Source of the DNA: Nageia nagi
Taxonomy: Eukaryota > Plantae > Pinophyta
Length of the DNA stretch: 64,000 nt
NCBI GenBank assembly: GCA_050084985.1
Contig: JBITNC010000001.1
Coordinates: forward strand, 28,272,001-28,336,000
Direction: 5' to 3'
In this document: one piece after another, positions 1 to 13,700 of the stretch
Position numbering within the stretch: the stretch's first letter is position 1
How the letters are laid out: each line of letters begins with the position of its first letter
Position numbers and translations under genes: made by a program
The notes under the pieces: generated by a model
What the model saw: the letters and a program-made list of their open reading frames with translations, nothing else
The model's database searches: none
What the model was told of the DNA's origin: nothing

Positions 1-3000
1 TGTTTTGGATGGAAAAGTACATTTTAACAACAGTAGATTTGGCCAAATTGGTAGTAGAATTTTGGTGTTGAAGACAATAGTCTTCAACAATAGAATGGGT
101 ATAATGTTGACAGTTGTGTTTGTAAGGGTGTTCGAGGCAGCATTCTTCATAATGTTTGGGGTTTTCTTCCCTACATCACATGAAGATATTTCAGCATTGG
201 GAAGAGGGTGTGACGCTTTGCCACATGAAAAGAGTGGATCAGAACTAGCATGAGATTGTTATCATGGAACAACAGCCTTTGGTGAGGTATTTCGAAGTTG
301 CCAACAACGTATTATTAGCTTTCTAGAGGATTATTTCACTTTTGGGAGGAGCTTGAGGAGTTTGGAAGCAAATGTTCCCCACTTGAAGTCATTTTGGCAC
401 CCGTTGGAGGCATGGAACAATCATGGGATCACTACCTTGAAGTATCTCATTAATTATGTCCTTTTTAACAACAGTTCATGGTGTTTTGGAGTTTTTGTTA
501 TGTATAAGTTTAGCGGGATAGAGTCACTTGGTTTGTATTTTTGACTTCTAGAACTGCATTCTTTAACTCTTGAGAATGCATGTTTGCTTAGTTGTAAGGA
601 GGAGTTGATAAGAAAGAAGGCTGAATTCTTGTTTAAGAGGGTTGCATTTGTATAAGGATTGAAACTATCCATAACATGGCCAATGAAGATGTGTTTTTGA
701 CTGAGTTTGGTTTTACCACATTGCTTGGTGCAATTTGGGATGCAGTTTTCACATGAGTTAAGAATGACATTTGTGACTACATTCTTTACTATGATTGGGA
801 ATGTCTTTCCTATGTCATTTGGAGATATATCTTTCATAATGATAGGGACTGATATGTACATATATGAGCTAATAGGGTTCATATATGTTTATGTGCAAGA
901 CATGAATAATCATCACATGGTATTGGGGGTAATTCATTATGGTTATTGTTGTGACTTGGTTCAGTTGGGAAACGTTGCGCTGGTCATGTGTGCCTCTACA
1001 GGTTGCATACAGATGTTCCTTTTGGTTGGTTGGTGGCGTAAGGAGATTCAAACTTTCAGTTTTGACTTAACTGTTTGGGTGTGGATCAGCCACCACATAG
1101 CTCCAATTGCATGCTTACAAATAAATTGGAAAGAAATTTCAGTTAAGAAATGGACATGATTGCAGTTGAGAGTTGTTTGGGAGTCTTTTCTGCCACTGCC
1201 AAGTGGATTTTGAGCACTACAATGCCCATTTTTCATGCGCATATAGAGAACTACCAACTAGATAGTTGTTGTTCCTCTTAACAAGTTGCTGATTTTGGTT
1301 GAATCAGATCATTATCTACTATTTCTTGGATTGGAAAGCAGTAAGATGGGTCATCCAAAAGGAATAGGAGATGAGGAGAAAGTTGATAAGTATCCTCAAA
1401 GGGATATTTCAGCCAAAACTGCCATGTTTATAAGGAGGAATGCTGAGATATACATTTTGGGAATAAAATATATTATATGTTATGGACAGTTTGAACAAAT
1501 GGGACAGATTGAAGGCATGGAGATCTTTAAAATATCTTCCACATGTTTATGGCTGGAATTTGCTTCCCTAATTCTATTTTTGCATTCAATATTGTACCCC
1601 ATTCTAATTAAGTGTGAAGTTTGTGATGTCTCAAAGTTTATGGGTGCCAAGTTTTGGTTGGAATAACAAAAAAGCTAACAGAATTACACTTCTGAACTCT
1701 TGGTTCGGAAAGAGAGAGAAATTTCCTCTTTGCTTTCTGATTTGAGCTTGATGAAAAGTTTGTTGGGTAGTCTTGGAATACATTTAAAATATGTTGTGAT
1801 GACCATGGGAGAAGCTCAAAATATGATCATTGTAGACTGCAAATTTGAAAATTTGAAGTTTGCTTAGAGTTTAATGATTAATGACAATGGAGGAAGTATT
1901 TTAAGGACTGTTGTCAACTTGAAAGGTGAAATTTATTCTGCTTTTACAGCTCTGATCAGCTACCAAGCCAACCAATTTGACGTTCAAAAAACTAGAAAGG
2001 AAAAGGATTAGGGGCATTTCTGGGTATCACATTGAATTGATGATTGTTTGGGAATTATTTTCTAGCATAATAATGATCAGAAATTTCAGTTTTGTCAACA
2101 TTATTCAGGGTTATAATGCTAGTTATTCAGTACATGTAATGAAATCAGAAAAATCAGATTTGTACAATTGCATATTTGAGCAATTTCATAACAACTACAG
2201 GAATATACCAGTTATGTAGGATGAAGGGGCCAAGCCTGTTGTCATTAAGAAGAGATTCTTGGACCAGTTGGAGTTGCTACTTGGGAAGGATTCCAAATCC
2301 TTTCATATTTAACCTAGAATTGCTTGGGGAGAGCAATTTGGGACGGACGGATTTGTAATGTCCTTAAAACTATCCAGCTTTGTAGATATGTAAATTTGCA
2401 TGTAAATGTGGCACATAGGAGTCTAAGAGAGGGATGTCCATCTCTTGGGCATCATTTGGTGTGTTTCGTTATAAATATAGGAGTTATATGGGTTAATTAG
2501 TGTGTTTTGACAAGTTTAAATATTGATATATGGGTTAGTAGAGTAAGTTATGGTGTTAAGAGGGTTTTTGTGGCAAAGACAAAAACATATTATATGCTTT
2601 TGGAAAAGTAATTTTTTTTGGCAAATGTAATTGTTTTTGGCCAAGTTTGGCTAAATAGGGTTAGTAAGGGTCTTAGTGATGTGTTAGTAGGTGTTTTAAA
2701 ATAAAGTTATTTGTCTTTGTGGGTCCCAACATTACTTATCTTATTGAGAGATTTAATTTCAACCTTTAGATTATATGTTTTGTTGAGATCTAATATCAGC
2801 CATTGATCAAGATTAATGGCCAAGATCTAATCTTTCATTAGGGTTATTATTATACAAGAAGATGTTTTAATTCTAGCCCTTCATGAAGATCAAAGGTTAA
2901 GATCTATTCTCTCATTATGTTATGTTTATAAAAAAAGATTAGGGTTTCATTGGAGTGATAGATTGGAATTAATATTGTTGGAATTGGGAGAATACCTAGT

Positions 3001-3721
3001 GTATTCTTTTGAGTTCTTGGAGATTGCTACAATATTTGCAAGAGAGTTGGGGTTCATGTGGCTTAGGGCCATTGTAGGCTAGGCCAACTAGCTGAATACC
3101 CAACCATAGTGAAAAACCCATCCAGGCTTTGTAGTTGAGCTTGAATTGTTGAGGAAGCGGATTGCAATTTTTAGATTTTCCATTTATGGTGAAGAAGCAA
3201 TTTCGAGGAGGGTTTTGTCCTTTCATCTGCCTCAAGGTGGGATGTTTAGCATTGGAGAGGCGCATTTTGTCATTTTGTGGATTTTTTGAACTTCTACATG
3301 CCATATCTGGCTGCTAAAGGGTTTAAGAGAATTTTGTGACAGTTTGAAGAACATTTTGTGCACAAGAAAATTCAAATCTAGCCTCTATACCCAATTGTCC
3401 AACCTCTAGGCCATTTGTTGTGCGTTTTGGGAGCATTGTGTGGTATTTTCATTGTTCATATAAATAAATAACATTCTATGTTGTGAATAGATCTACCAGT
3501 TTTTATGATTTTTTGGGTTCATTCTTCAATAATTATTCAGATGTGAGATTTAGGGCATAGCTTGAGTTGATTGGGTATTGTTTATTAATAAATTTGTCAT
3601 TGTTTATAATAGATTTGGCATTGTTAAGAGAAAATATGGTATTGCATTAAGTGCATCTAATTATTGCTATAATAGATCTAGCATTTTGCTTTAATATTTC
3701 TGTTGTTTCTAGTTTGGTCTT

Positions 3722-3905
3722 TTTCAGAACATAAAGTGTGTGTGATCATAATGAACATGTGAACATAGAGAACATGTGAACATAAAGAAAATGAGATCAT
3801 ATAGAACATGTGATCATATAGATAATAAAACATCATAGAGTGCATCATATATGAACATATCATAGTCATGAATATAAAAGACATGATATAAAACATATGG
3901 TCATG
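3722..3905. repeat. Degenerate short tandem repeats (agaacatgtga(a/t)cata-like)
   Basis: Recurring aacat/catat motifs; source of spurious ORF 3678..4013. Confidence 0.55.
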
Positions 3906-4487
3906 TACAATATTATAGCCAAGAGATAAAGGGGTTAAATGCTTCAACCTTTTGAGTTCTTGAGGACATACCGCCAAGATAGATACAAAATGACCATATG
4001 CCCCTAATGTCAACGTTGGGTTTTTCCTGAACTAGGCCATCTAAACTTATTGAGTTGAACAATTGAGCTTTTTAATTCTCAAATTCTAACATTTTTTAGA
4101 TTTTTGCCTCGAAGCCCAAGCATTGACGCTTAGACATTATGAACCTGAGGTTTTTGCCAACTAATCCTCTAATTCTCAATGACTTTTATGAATTGAAGAT
4201 CTGAAATTGAGACTGAATTAGAGACCAAAGCTGATTTTGAACTCAATCCTTGACTAATTCTAATTTGCCAAATTCTAAACTAAAACTCATACTGAACTCA
4301 AAATCTTATTCATAGGCTCAACTTGGTTGCCCCCAAGTTGAAAAACCTATGCCCCCATTCCATGAGAACTCTATAGGTTAACCATGAACTACAGCATATA
4401 ACTATGACATATCATACTTAATGGCCATAAAGAATCATCTCATGTTAGTGAAAAACAAAAATAGATGCATTTGATATCAAAAATAGT

Positions 4488-4790
4488 AAGGATAGCAAAT
4501 ATAAAGGATAAGAAGGATAGCAAGAATAGAAGGATAGAAAAATGAAAAGAATTGAAAGGATAGAGATGATAAATGTACCAAAAACTATAGAAAAAAAAGA
4601 TATAGAGGATTCAAGGATAGAAGGATAAGAATAGATTGAGAGGATTGAAAAGATAGAAAAAATGATAGAAACTTAAAAATGATTGAAAGGATAGAAGTAT
4701 AGGATAGAAGAGCATGATGATAAAATGATAGAAACATAGAATATATAAAAGGATAGAAAAGATTGAAAAGATAAAAAAATATAGAAAGGG
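4488..4790. repeat. Purine-rich degenerate tandem repeat (aaggatagaa-like)
   Basis: Many imperfect GATAGAA/AAGGAT copies. Confidence 0.65.
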
Positions 4791-5543
4791 TAGTACATCA
4801 GAAACATTACAAAGTATGATAATAATCTCATAAATGTACGTGCATACCTGATTTTCATTGACCTTAAAGCGTTAGAACAAAACTTGCATTCTTGACATTC
4901 TCGCAATTTTTGGACAACTTTGCATATGTCCTTGAAACCACATAAAATGGTATGCAAATATGAGAAATAATGATTAGAACACGTTCATATACCTGATAAG
5001 ATGCTTTCTTTGAGATTTGATCTTCTGATTTTCTTTTTTCATGATTTTGATCCTCTTAGTTCATGACTAGCTAATTCTTGCAAACCTATCATTTTTACAA
5101 AATTGTCAATTTGCAACAAACATAACTTTTGTTACACATATTGGATTAGTTTGATTCTTTGTGTATTAGAAAGATGGAATTACGTACTTTTCTCAAAAGT
5201 AACAGTCTTGATCACATTATGAGCAAACAATTACTAATTTAGGGGAAAAATAGACCTATTTCACACTTTTTAAAATCTGATAATTGCAAATGAGCATAAC
5301 TTTTGAACCGTGAGGAATTTTAAGGTCATTATTCTTTTGAACTTGCATAATTTTTCGAAGGCTATCCAAATATACAATCATATCTAACTATTCTGATAAA
5401 CATTGGGCTATCTCATAAAAACATATTGAAACTCACTTGGAAGCTTGATATATTGATATGATCTTGACATGACTGAACTTTTCCAATTTTTGAACTAAAA
5501 AGCTGATTTTTTAGGAGTGATTCTATTTTTAGGACCTTTAACA

Positions 5544-6622
5544 ACTTTTTGACAAATTAAAATTGCTACAACTATGTAGCCCCAATATGGCAAGTTCACT
5601 ACATTGAATGGAATATCAGAGTAAGACCAAACTTTCCCATTGCCTTTCTAGCTTTTTTTAACTTATCCTTATACCATGTTGTATCAATTGTGGTTTGGCC
5701 ACCACAAGGTGCAAAAAAATCACATCTCACAACATTACTAGCACTTGCAAAAACTAAAATGTTAGGTGGTGTTGGATGCTTAATTCTGTTGGTTTTTTTT
5801 ATATTGGCACTACCTTCTTCATGGATAGTCGTAGAAGAAGGAAACCTTAGGGGTGGAGATGGAGGTGGATAAGATGGAGGTCTGGCCATTTGTACTTGTG
5901 TACTCTTTTTTGTCTCCCTTTTTTGTGCTTGGGCCTTCAAGTAGGCATTCATTTGCCTTTGGACATCAACATCCACAAGGGGGAAAAGTCTAACATTTGG
6001 CCCAAAAATTCTTGCTAAATGAAACTTCATCCTGAATAGACCTCCAGTAATAATTTCATTACAAAAATTGCAAGTGTTGCTATCATATAAGACCAAAAAG
6101 GGTCCTTTTCCTTGTGAAGAACTCATACCTGCAGGCTGTAGCTGTAAAAAGAAAAAAAGAGAACAAAAATAAACAACACAATGTCATGACTCACAAGGGG
6201 CAAGCAATCATAAGCATTGGGAAAAAAAATAACAAAGTTACCCATTAAAACTCATAGACAAACTAGAAAAAAAACAGCTGAAAAACTTGGAGAGAAATAC
6301 CCAACAAAACTCAAAAACCAATGGAAAAAGCTTTAGAAACTTACTTGGATGTGTTGGAATCTTGATGAAATCGTGGAAAATGTTTCCCCTAGCTCCTCTC
6401 AGCTCATGGTTGGAAGAAAAAGTTAGAAATGAATGACTTTTGTTGTTTTTAACCTCTCATCCACCACTTGTCACAATTCTAATTTTTTGAAGAATCATTT
6501 TCTCCAAAAAAATTGCCAGAAAAACAAAAAAAAATCAGAATCGGTTCCAAAAAAATCGTTTACCCCAGCAATCCCGATTCCAATCTGATTTTGACGATTA
6601 ATTGCTGATTCTTCTAACTATA
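5544..6622 (-). mobile_element. 5' part of a hAT DNA transposon (BED zinc finger transposase remnant)
   Basis: ORF 5599..6126 has CNFC...GGLFRMKFHLA and, after a frameshift, FWSYSDIPFNVVNLPYW. 5'-UTR intron 6344-6129 (GTAAGT...CAG). Terminus-like TATAGTTAG at about 6622. Confidence 0.8.
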
Positions 6623-7140
6623 CTAGTTGCATTCTATTCAATGATGATTTGGTCTCCAATGGTGATTCTTGGTCGGTCCCTTGCACATATCTAGGTGTGT
6701 CCTCATCACTTCGAGACAACCAATCCCAAGCAATATTTTCCAATATTCTTCAATGTTTCATCAAAACTAAGCTTCCTTTGTTTCTACAAGTTTTGGAATA
6801 AGCTTCATTAATAGTCAAGGGGACATGGTTGCATGAAGAAGACTAAAATATAAAATTCTTCTATATGACAATAATTAGACATAAAAGCTCACACAAACAT
6901 CACCAACATTCTTAGCCTTTTGCATTTTCAAACTCTTTCCTCAAAGTTTGCAACTTCACTTCTTTATCTTGTTCACTCGCTTGGTAACCTTTGTTTTTTG
7001 TTTACAGTCATTTTCAAACTCAGTAGTTTTGTGGATTTTTCTTGCAGTCCACAATATTGGCCAAAGAAATCCTTAAAACCCAAACGAACCGAAACCTGAT
7101 GTTAACTGCTTGTATTCATTGCTATCTATGTTTTTGGTAG

Positions 7141-7245
7141 GGTGCAGCAATGAGTAGAGAGACAGAGCAAAATGTAGACCATTATGTAGTCAGCCGGGCT
7201 TGGGCAGATGTGTATGTGATGCACACGGTGATGATTATAATGTAG
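7141..7245 (+). other. Possible additional upstream PanK exon (frame and donor unresolved)
   Basis: Good acceptor (tttttggtag at 7140) and exon-like composition. No GT donor gives the phase-1 junction needed for exon 7480; a GC donor at about 7246 would. Confidence 0.3.
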
Positions 7246-7479
7246 GCATAATATTTCTATATTATGTTGGCGTTGCTCTGATATAGCTGTATTTTGTATT
7301 GTTGTCCATTATTATGTATCCAATGTCAGTTTGCCAAGTACATTATGTGCTATTCCTCATCTTATGTAAATTGTTTATTTTCTTGGATTTTCCCTTCAAT
7401 GGGTCACAACCTGCAATGATCCTTAATAAGCTAGGAAACTTCTGTAAATAATAAATTTAACCATTAAAACTTTTTGCAG

Positions 7480-7718
7480 GATCATACAAAGCAGGGCTTA
7501 TTCAACGACCTTGGAAATTACCTGAAAATAGCAGTGATGATGATGACAACAATTTATGTCTTAGTGAGAAGGGGAGGCAAGATCCTGGTGATGAGGGTGG
7601 CAGTGGCAAGTGTGATGGTGGGATAAAGCCAAGGGCTATAGAAAATACACCTATTCCCAGAGACGATGATGATTGTGTATTATTAGATGGAAGCAAAAAC
7701 TTATACCCCTATCTTGTG
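7480..7718 (+). CDS. PANK: PanK exon: acidic insertion ending in ...NLYPYLV
   Basis: ttttgcag acceptor at 7479; open frame SYKAGLIQRPW...DDDD...GSKNLYPYLV; GT donor at 7719 is in phase with the next exon. Confidence 0.8.
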
Positions 7719-10700
7719 GTAGACAAACATTCCTGATCCTAATATTGATTTTTAGTTGAACCATGGAAATTTATTGAATTTTTTATATTAGTTTTCCATG
7801 TTAAATCTTTCTACTTGTCTAGTCATTCACTACTAAGAATATCCTTAATTTGTTTAAAATGGCAGGTAAATATTGGATCAGGTGTTAGCATTTTGAGAGT
7901 TGATTCTCCTGACAAGTTTCAGCGCATTGGTGGAACAAGCCTTGGTGGAAGGTGGTGAAATGGGATCTGATAGATAAATCTACAGAACAGTATTGTCATT
8001 TTTTTATTATGGATAAAATATTTTATCAATAACCAAATGCATCACAATACACCTGTAATCATGCTATACATGAGTAATGTATGTCTCGTACTTCAAATGT
8101 AAACTGCCCAGAGCCTGTTTAAATGTTGTTTAGGATAGTTGCAATCCCTAAGTTAAAATTCTTTTGCTTTTTATGCCTGCAGATCCCTTGTTTTATGTCC
8201 TTAGTTTTCAGAATGTCTGGCCTCTTTGTGATGGATAGGAAGCATTTGCTCATTTCACAAAGTTCTTAACAATTAAAATGATATAATGTCCGTTTTAGTC
8301 ATTCAGTCTTTAAAATTCAATAATTATGATAAGCGAAGATTATCACTTTTCACGTTATTGATAGCAGAAAAAGGATATTTGTTGAACTAAAATTTAGTTA
8401 AGAATGATGGCACACATTGAAGTTGATTTTATGAATAGTATCTGTATGGCTTTGAGCAAATAATGTCTCCGGAGGCAAGCATAAGGAAAGAGAAGTAAGA
8501 ATCACTTTTTATTTCATTGGGTATATTATTGTGACTAATCCCTCAATCCAAATAGTCAAATAGATTGTGTTGGGACTCCATATTATGAGCACGACCTTTG
8601 GTATTGTTACGAAGGTACTGTGATTGCTCTAGATTACATTTTTGGAATAATCCACAATTCATATGAATGCAGGCCTGTGTATTGCAATTTCATAAAGGAA
8701 CCTGTATATATACTCGACAAAAGTATGCCTTACAATGCCTTAAGTTTTACTTAATGAGTGAGTTATTTGATGAAAGAGTGGAGGTGATCAATGAATATGT
8801 GAAGTGTGAATCAAGTACCTCCTTCTGAACCAAGTGATCATAAAACATCTATAAGTAATTAGACATTCTGAGTTTGTGCAAAAGCACAATACACATTTAC
8901 CATAGAAGATTGTTTTTTGAAGAATCCTCTAACACCATGGGACTTACTATCCCATCTTTAGGTTAAAAAGATGTAGTATAATTAGGATATGCTATATTCG
9001 AGTTCATTTATGTCGTCACAGATTAAGTTTACCCATATTGAAAAAACAGCCTTTATGATTGAAATATTCATCTAAAACTTATATTATTCTCTCAATTCCT
9101 GACAATTTGGAAATGCACTTTTAAATCAAACACATTGTTTCAAAAGCATCCTCAATTGATAATTAAGAACACATCCCTAAAACAAACAAATGTGCATTCC
9201 TTGCTTGTGTCTACGTCAATTTGTTGAGTAAATTTATCAATAGAAAGGAAGAAAGAAAGAAAGAATGTCAATGGATGATCAATGGAAATGGAAAAGAAAC
9301 ATGTGTATACACTTCAGTGTAAAAGTACAAGGGGCACTAAAATCAAGAAAAACAAAATAAACATTTACAAAGCTAGAACCTAATATAATAGACATAAATG
9401 GAAGTCGGTAAGGGGCTTTTAGACTCAACTGTGGAATCTTCTGCTCCTTGTTTGTGGTTTAGATGATGGTATTGTTTAGTTCTTGACGACAGACTATAGC
9501 TTGTTTTATTTTTTCCTACTATTCTATCCATCAAACTATCATGCATGTCCTAGAAATTAGAATTTTAGTTACCATTTCATTATATTGTTCTGGAATGCCA
9601 ACTAATTAAATGTGAAATTGGATGGTTGTCTACTTAAGTTTGCACTAAACTACATTTTATTATTTCTCATGCTTTGACATCACTGTCTGAAAGAAAAGGG
9701 TGTTTTGATCAAGGTTGGTTGGCTGACTTGCACTGAGGTTTAAATGATTAGTTTGGGATTTAATGCTGTTTATCATTTTGGCTATCTTTTAGATTCTGCA
9801 TTAAGCCAAAATAGTTGTAGCTTTCCTGATTGTATGTTCTCTATTTTGTTTTCTTTGCAGTACCTTTTTGGGTCTTGCATCAGCATTAACGGGATGCAAC
9901 AGGTTAGTTCTTTTATATAAGATAAACTTTGTCTTCTTCTATTCTTGGAGGAAACAGTACATGAATGACCTATGTCTCCATCATTTTACTTTTTGTGCTA
10001 CTGGAGTGATTAGTCATTTAAACTTTGATGTCCATAACATCTAGCATTTGTTTATATTGGATATCCATTGTAGATTGTGATGTATGGTTATTTCTCATTT
10101 CATTAGACACAATGCATGGCTTCGCCTATAGTAAAAATGAATGCATTGGACAATACTCTCAATAGATTTTCTGGGTATCTACTCTTGCAGGTTTCATATC
10201 TCTCACCCATAATATTGATTCTGAAAGACTCTCCAAGTCCCAAGCCAAGCCAGGCTTGCAAGTCCAAATAACTAGACTCTCAAGTATTTATGAGACTCTG
10301 CAAGTCTCTGCAATTCTTGTGTGTCCAACAAGTTGAAATGCTGGATTTAAAATGCCTCTCTCTAGCCAAAAGGGGAAAACAAAAGAAAACACAAAGTAAT
10401 AATGGAACAACTGCATTTCTGCGCATATTTTGTGGAAGTTTTTAAATTGTACATTTTTTTCTTTACAAATTATTTCTTACATTTTTCTATTTATTTTAAT
10501 TTTTTCCCAAGTCAAAATAGGCCTTCCAAGTCAGATTTTCAACACTACAGCAAAAGGGAAAACGGGAAGTTGCATTTTTTCAAAGTTACTTGATTTGGTG
10601 GGAAGGATGGGATGGTAAAGTGCAAGGATTATGCCTTAAGATGATGTAATCTAGTTTGTTTTATATTAAGAACAACATTTCCAGCATTGTCTTGCTATTT

Positions 10701-13700
10701 TCGTTTTAGAGGGAATCAGAAGTTCAAATTCTTTTCTACGTTTCTTACTCTTTAAAGAAGATTATGTTTTCAGTTTTTATTTCTATTTATTGATCTTAAA
10801 TTTGCAGTATGATGGATGTGCTGCTGCCAACTTTTTCTCTAATCCCAAATTGTGCCACCATGCAAGTTGCATTTCAAGACTTTCTCCTTTGGGAAAAAAT
10901 ATTAGTTTGTGATAGTTTAACGATATCCATTCTGAGAATGGGGGGAAGTATTTCCGGTGCAAATTGTCATGTCCCTACTGTTTCTTTTGGTGGTCTAGAT
11001 GGTGGTGGCATTTGTCCAGTGGTTCTGACTAGTATGCTTTTCTTTGGCTCAACAGACATTGCCTATTGATAATCATCTCCCTACTCACAACCCATGCCTT
11101 ATTTGGTGGCACTGGATGGACCATGTCCACATTAGCTTTCCTTGAGCATTATCGGTCTTGGTTACCTCTTCCCAATTTCCCATGCAAATGGATGTCTCTT
11201 GAAACTTGAAATTGTCATTTGATGACTTTTCCAACCCTAGTATGGACACTCTACACTTCATTGTTGTCAAGTCTTTGACCACTTCCTCAATGGAGATACC
11301 ACTCTCAATGTCTGCTTAGCTTTTTTTTCTCACCATACGCTGCAATCTCCTTGTGAACAACCTGTTCCACTGGAGTTAATGTCAGGCCCTTCCTTCAAAC
11401 CAACTTGTGAGATTTATCACTTGTCCAAAATCCAAAACCAAGTCATTATCTCTATGTGCTTATTGATGTTGGCTTCATGTCCCATTAACGGACTTGAGTT
11501 TTCTTTGTTATATCAAAATTCTCCCCCTTTTTGAAGTATATCTACACAGCTGTAAGGTAGTTACAGTGACGGACTTCATCATACAGATGGTGTACTTTGT
11601 CAAAGACAAGTCATATGGAATTCAAATAATGAACATTGAGGACGAGAACAACGGTGCACAGCTATATAGTCTGTATGATGGATGAGTGGACATGATCATC
11701 CAAAATGCATTTTCTTTCATGACAATTATTATTGCTTGTTAGATATGGATTGGTTTAGGTAAGGATGTCAAAAAAACACATTTAAGCAATGGTTACAATC
11801 AACATGAAATGAAGATAACGCATAAAATAAAACACAAACAGATGTATCATATTAATCTATGGTGTACAAAGTCAATCAGGCTGATGATGCCAGGCCTGGT
11901 TGCCAAGATATGCATTACACTAACACAGTAATGTTCAACTATCAATGTGCTGTGCGGAGTGCCGATCACATGATGAACCCAAATCCAACTAAACTACAAG
12001 GTTACACCTCAATATAGACATCTCCAACTATTGGCTAAGTTTAGGCACCTAGGACGAAGTTCACACTTTAACTCCATCTACTTTATGACCTCCTGATATC
12101 CACCTACGAGCATAACCACATGACATTGCCTAATTATGACTTACTAAATCCCAAGGTCTATGGAACCCAAGTCTCAAATTAATAAATGAAAATTATTAAT
12201 TTATTGACTCCACTTTAAATCGTTTATCATTAATTAATTTAAAATCTACAATATAAAAGGCATACTAATAGGTCCATTTCCTCTTCCTCTGTATGGGTGG
12301 TATCGTCCACATTGAGAGTTACTCGAACCCTTACCTTCTTCATTCGTTTGAGGTTTATTTTGTTTTCCATAGGATCCTCCTTCACCTTTGCCTTAGTTAG
12401 TTTTCTGAGCTATATTCCTTGCTAACTTCTTTTCAGCTTTTAAGGCATACTGATAAGCCTTGTCTACTAAACAAGTGTTCAGTAATCCCAATTCATCATG
12501 AATGGCTAACCTCAACCCATTCATGTATCTTGACATTTGCTCCTTAGTATCCTCATTATGTCGTGCCCTAATGATTAACCGATAAAATTCCTCAATATAA
12601 TCCTTCACACTCGTCTCCCGCTGTCATACATTCTGTAATTTTCTGAACAAGTTTAACTCATAGTCTACAATAATAAAATTTCTATTCAACTTGGCTACCA
12701 CTCTATTCCAAGAGTTGATCTTGGCTTTAACTTTTCTAACTCTTTCCTTTTGAATTTGTTCCCACCATAAGGATGCATGCCTTTCAATTTTGTAATTGCC
12801 AACTTGATCTTCTTGTCTTCTTCCACATTTTCCAAGTCAAAGTACTTTTCCAATTCTGCGATCCAATCAATGAGCTCTTCGGGGTCCAAGCTTCTAGCAT
12901 AATTAGGTAAGTCTATTCTTGACTTACTCCCCCATCTTTGCTATAACCTTAGCAAGTTTAACTTCAGGAGTATCTTCTTCATCTGAGCTGGTGTCTTCTT
13001 CATATGAACTGAATTCACTCTCTTCCAATCTACATGTTTCCTTCCTGTCTGGTGGCCTCTATCTGCATCCCATAGCTCATTTGCCTTCTCTATAGCTGCC
13101 AGGCATTTTTGCATCTCTTGCAATTCTGCCTTCATTGCTGCTTTTCTAACATTGCATCTATTTTTGCCTTTGACACAATGGATACAATCAGATAACATCA
13201 AACACAAACAGATGTATTGTATTAATTTATGGTGTACAAAGTCAATCAGGTTGATGATGCCAGGCCTGGCTGCCAAGATATGCATTACACTAATATATAG
13301 TAATGCACAACTATAAGTGTTGATTCTAACCCATGCTACTAGATTTGACATGTATCCTGTTGAAGATGTAATAGTTTGTGGTAGTAATGTCCAAGACCCC
13401 AAACTACACTAACAAAAAAATTCAAGTATTTTAAATAGTAAATACACTTGATGCATCCAATCATTTAATAGTTATTAGAATAATAGTGGGATTTTCAGAA
13501 ACAAACACAGCTGTAGCAGTACTATGCATTTCAATTGTGATAGTAGCCAGAGAAACTGGCTTCATGACATTCTACGTGTCATCCACAAAGCCTCAGATAT
13601 TGACTATGAGGCTTAAGTTCCGTTCAAGTAATCCTTTGAACCCTTAAAAGAGTTGGTCTTTGATACCTCACCTTGTTGTTTATAAGGCTCTTTTTGACTC

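Larger units (their letters stand above)
1..5543 (+). mobile_element. Decayed chromoviral Ty3/gypsy LTR retrotransposon (pol remnant 1-2340, 3' LTR about 2354-5543)
   Basis: Broken RT/RH/INT-like motifs on +; chromodomain-like VATWE at about 2273; purine tract; then TGTAATGTCC at 2354 and a matching GGACCTTTAACA end at 5543, where a hAT ORF is cut. Confidence 0.65.

Noticed and set aside
5-1666. ORFs 454..882, 707..1159 and 1286..1666 as host genes
   Set aside because: They are fragments or shadow frames of the decayed gypsy pol region.
10200-11480. Possible hAT end and retroelement gag remnant in a PanK intron
   Set aside because: Only faint subterminal-repeat and knuckle-like hints, with no definable boundaries.
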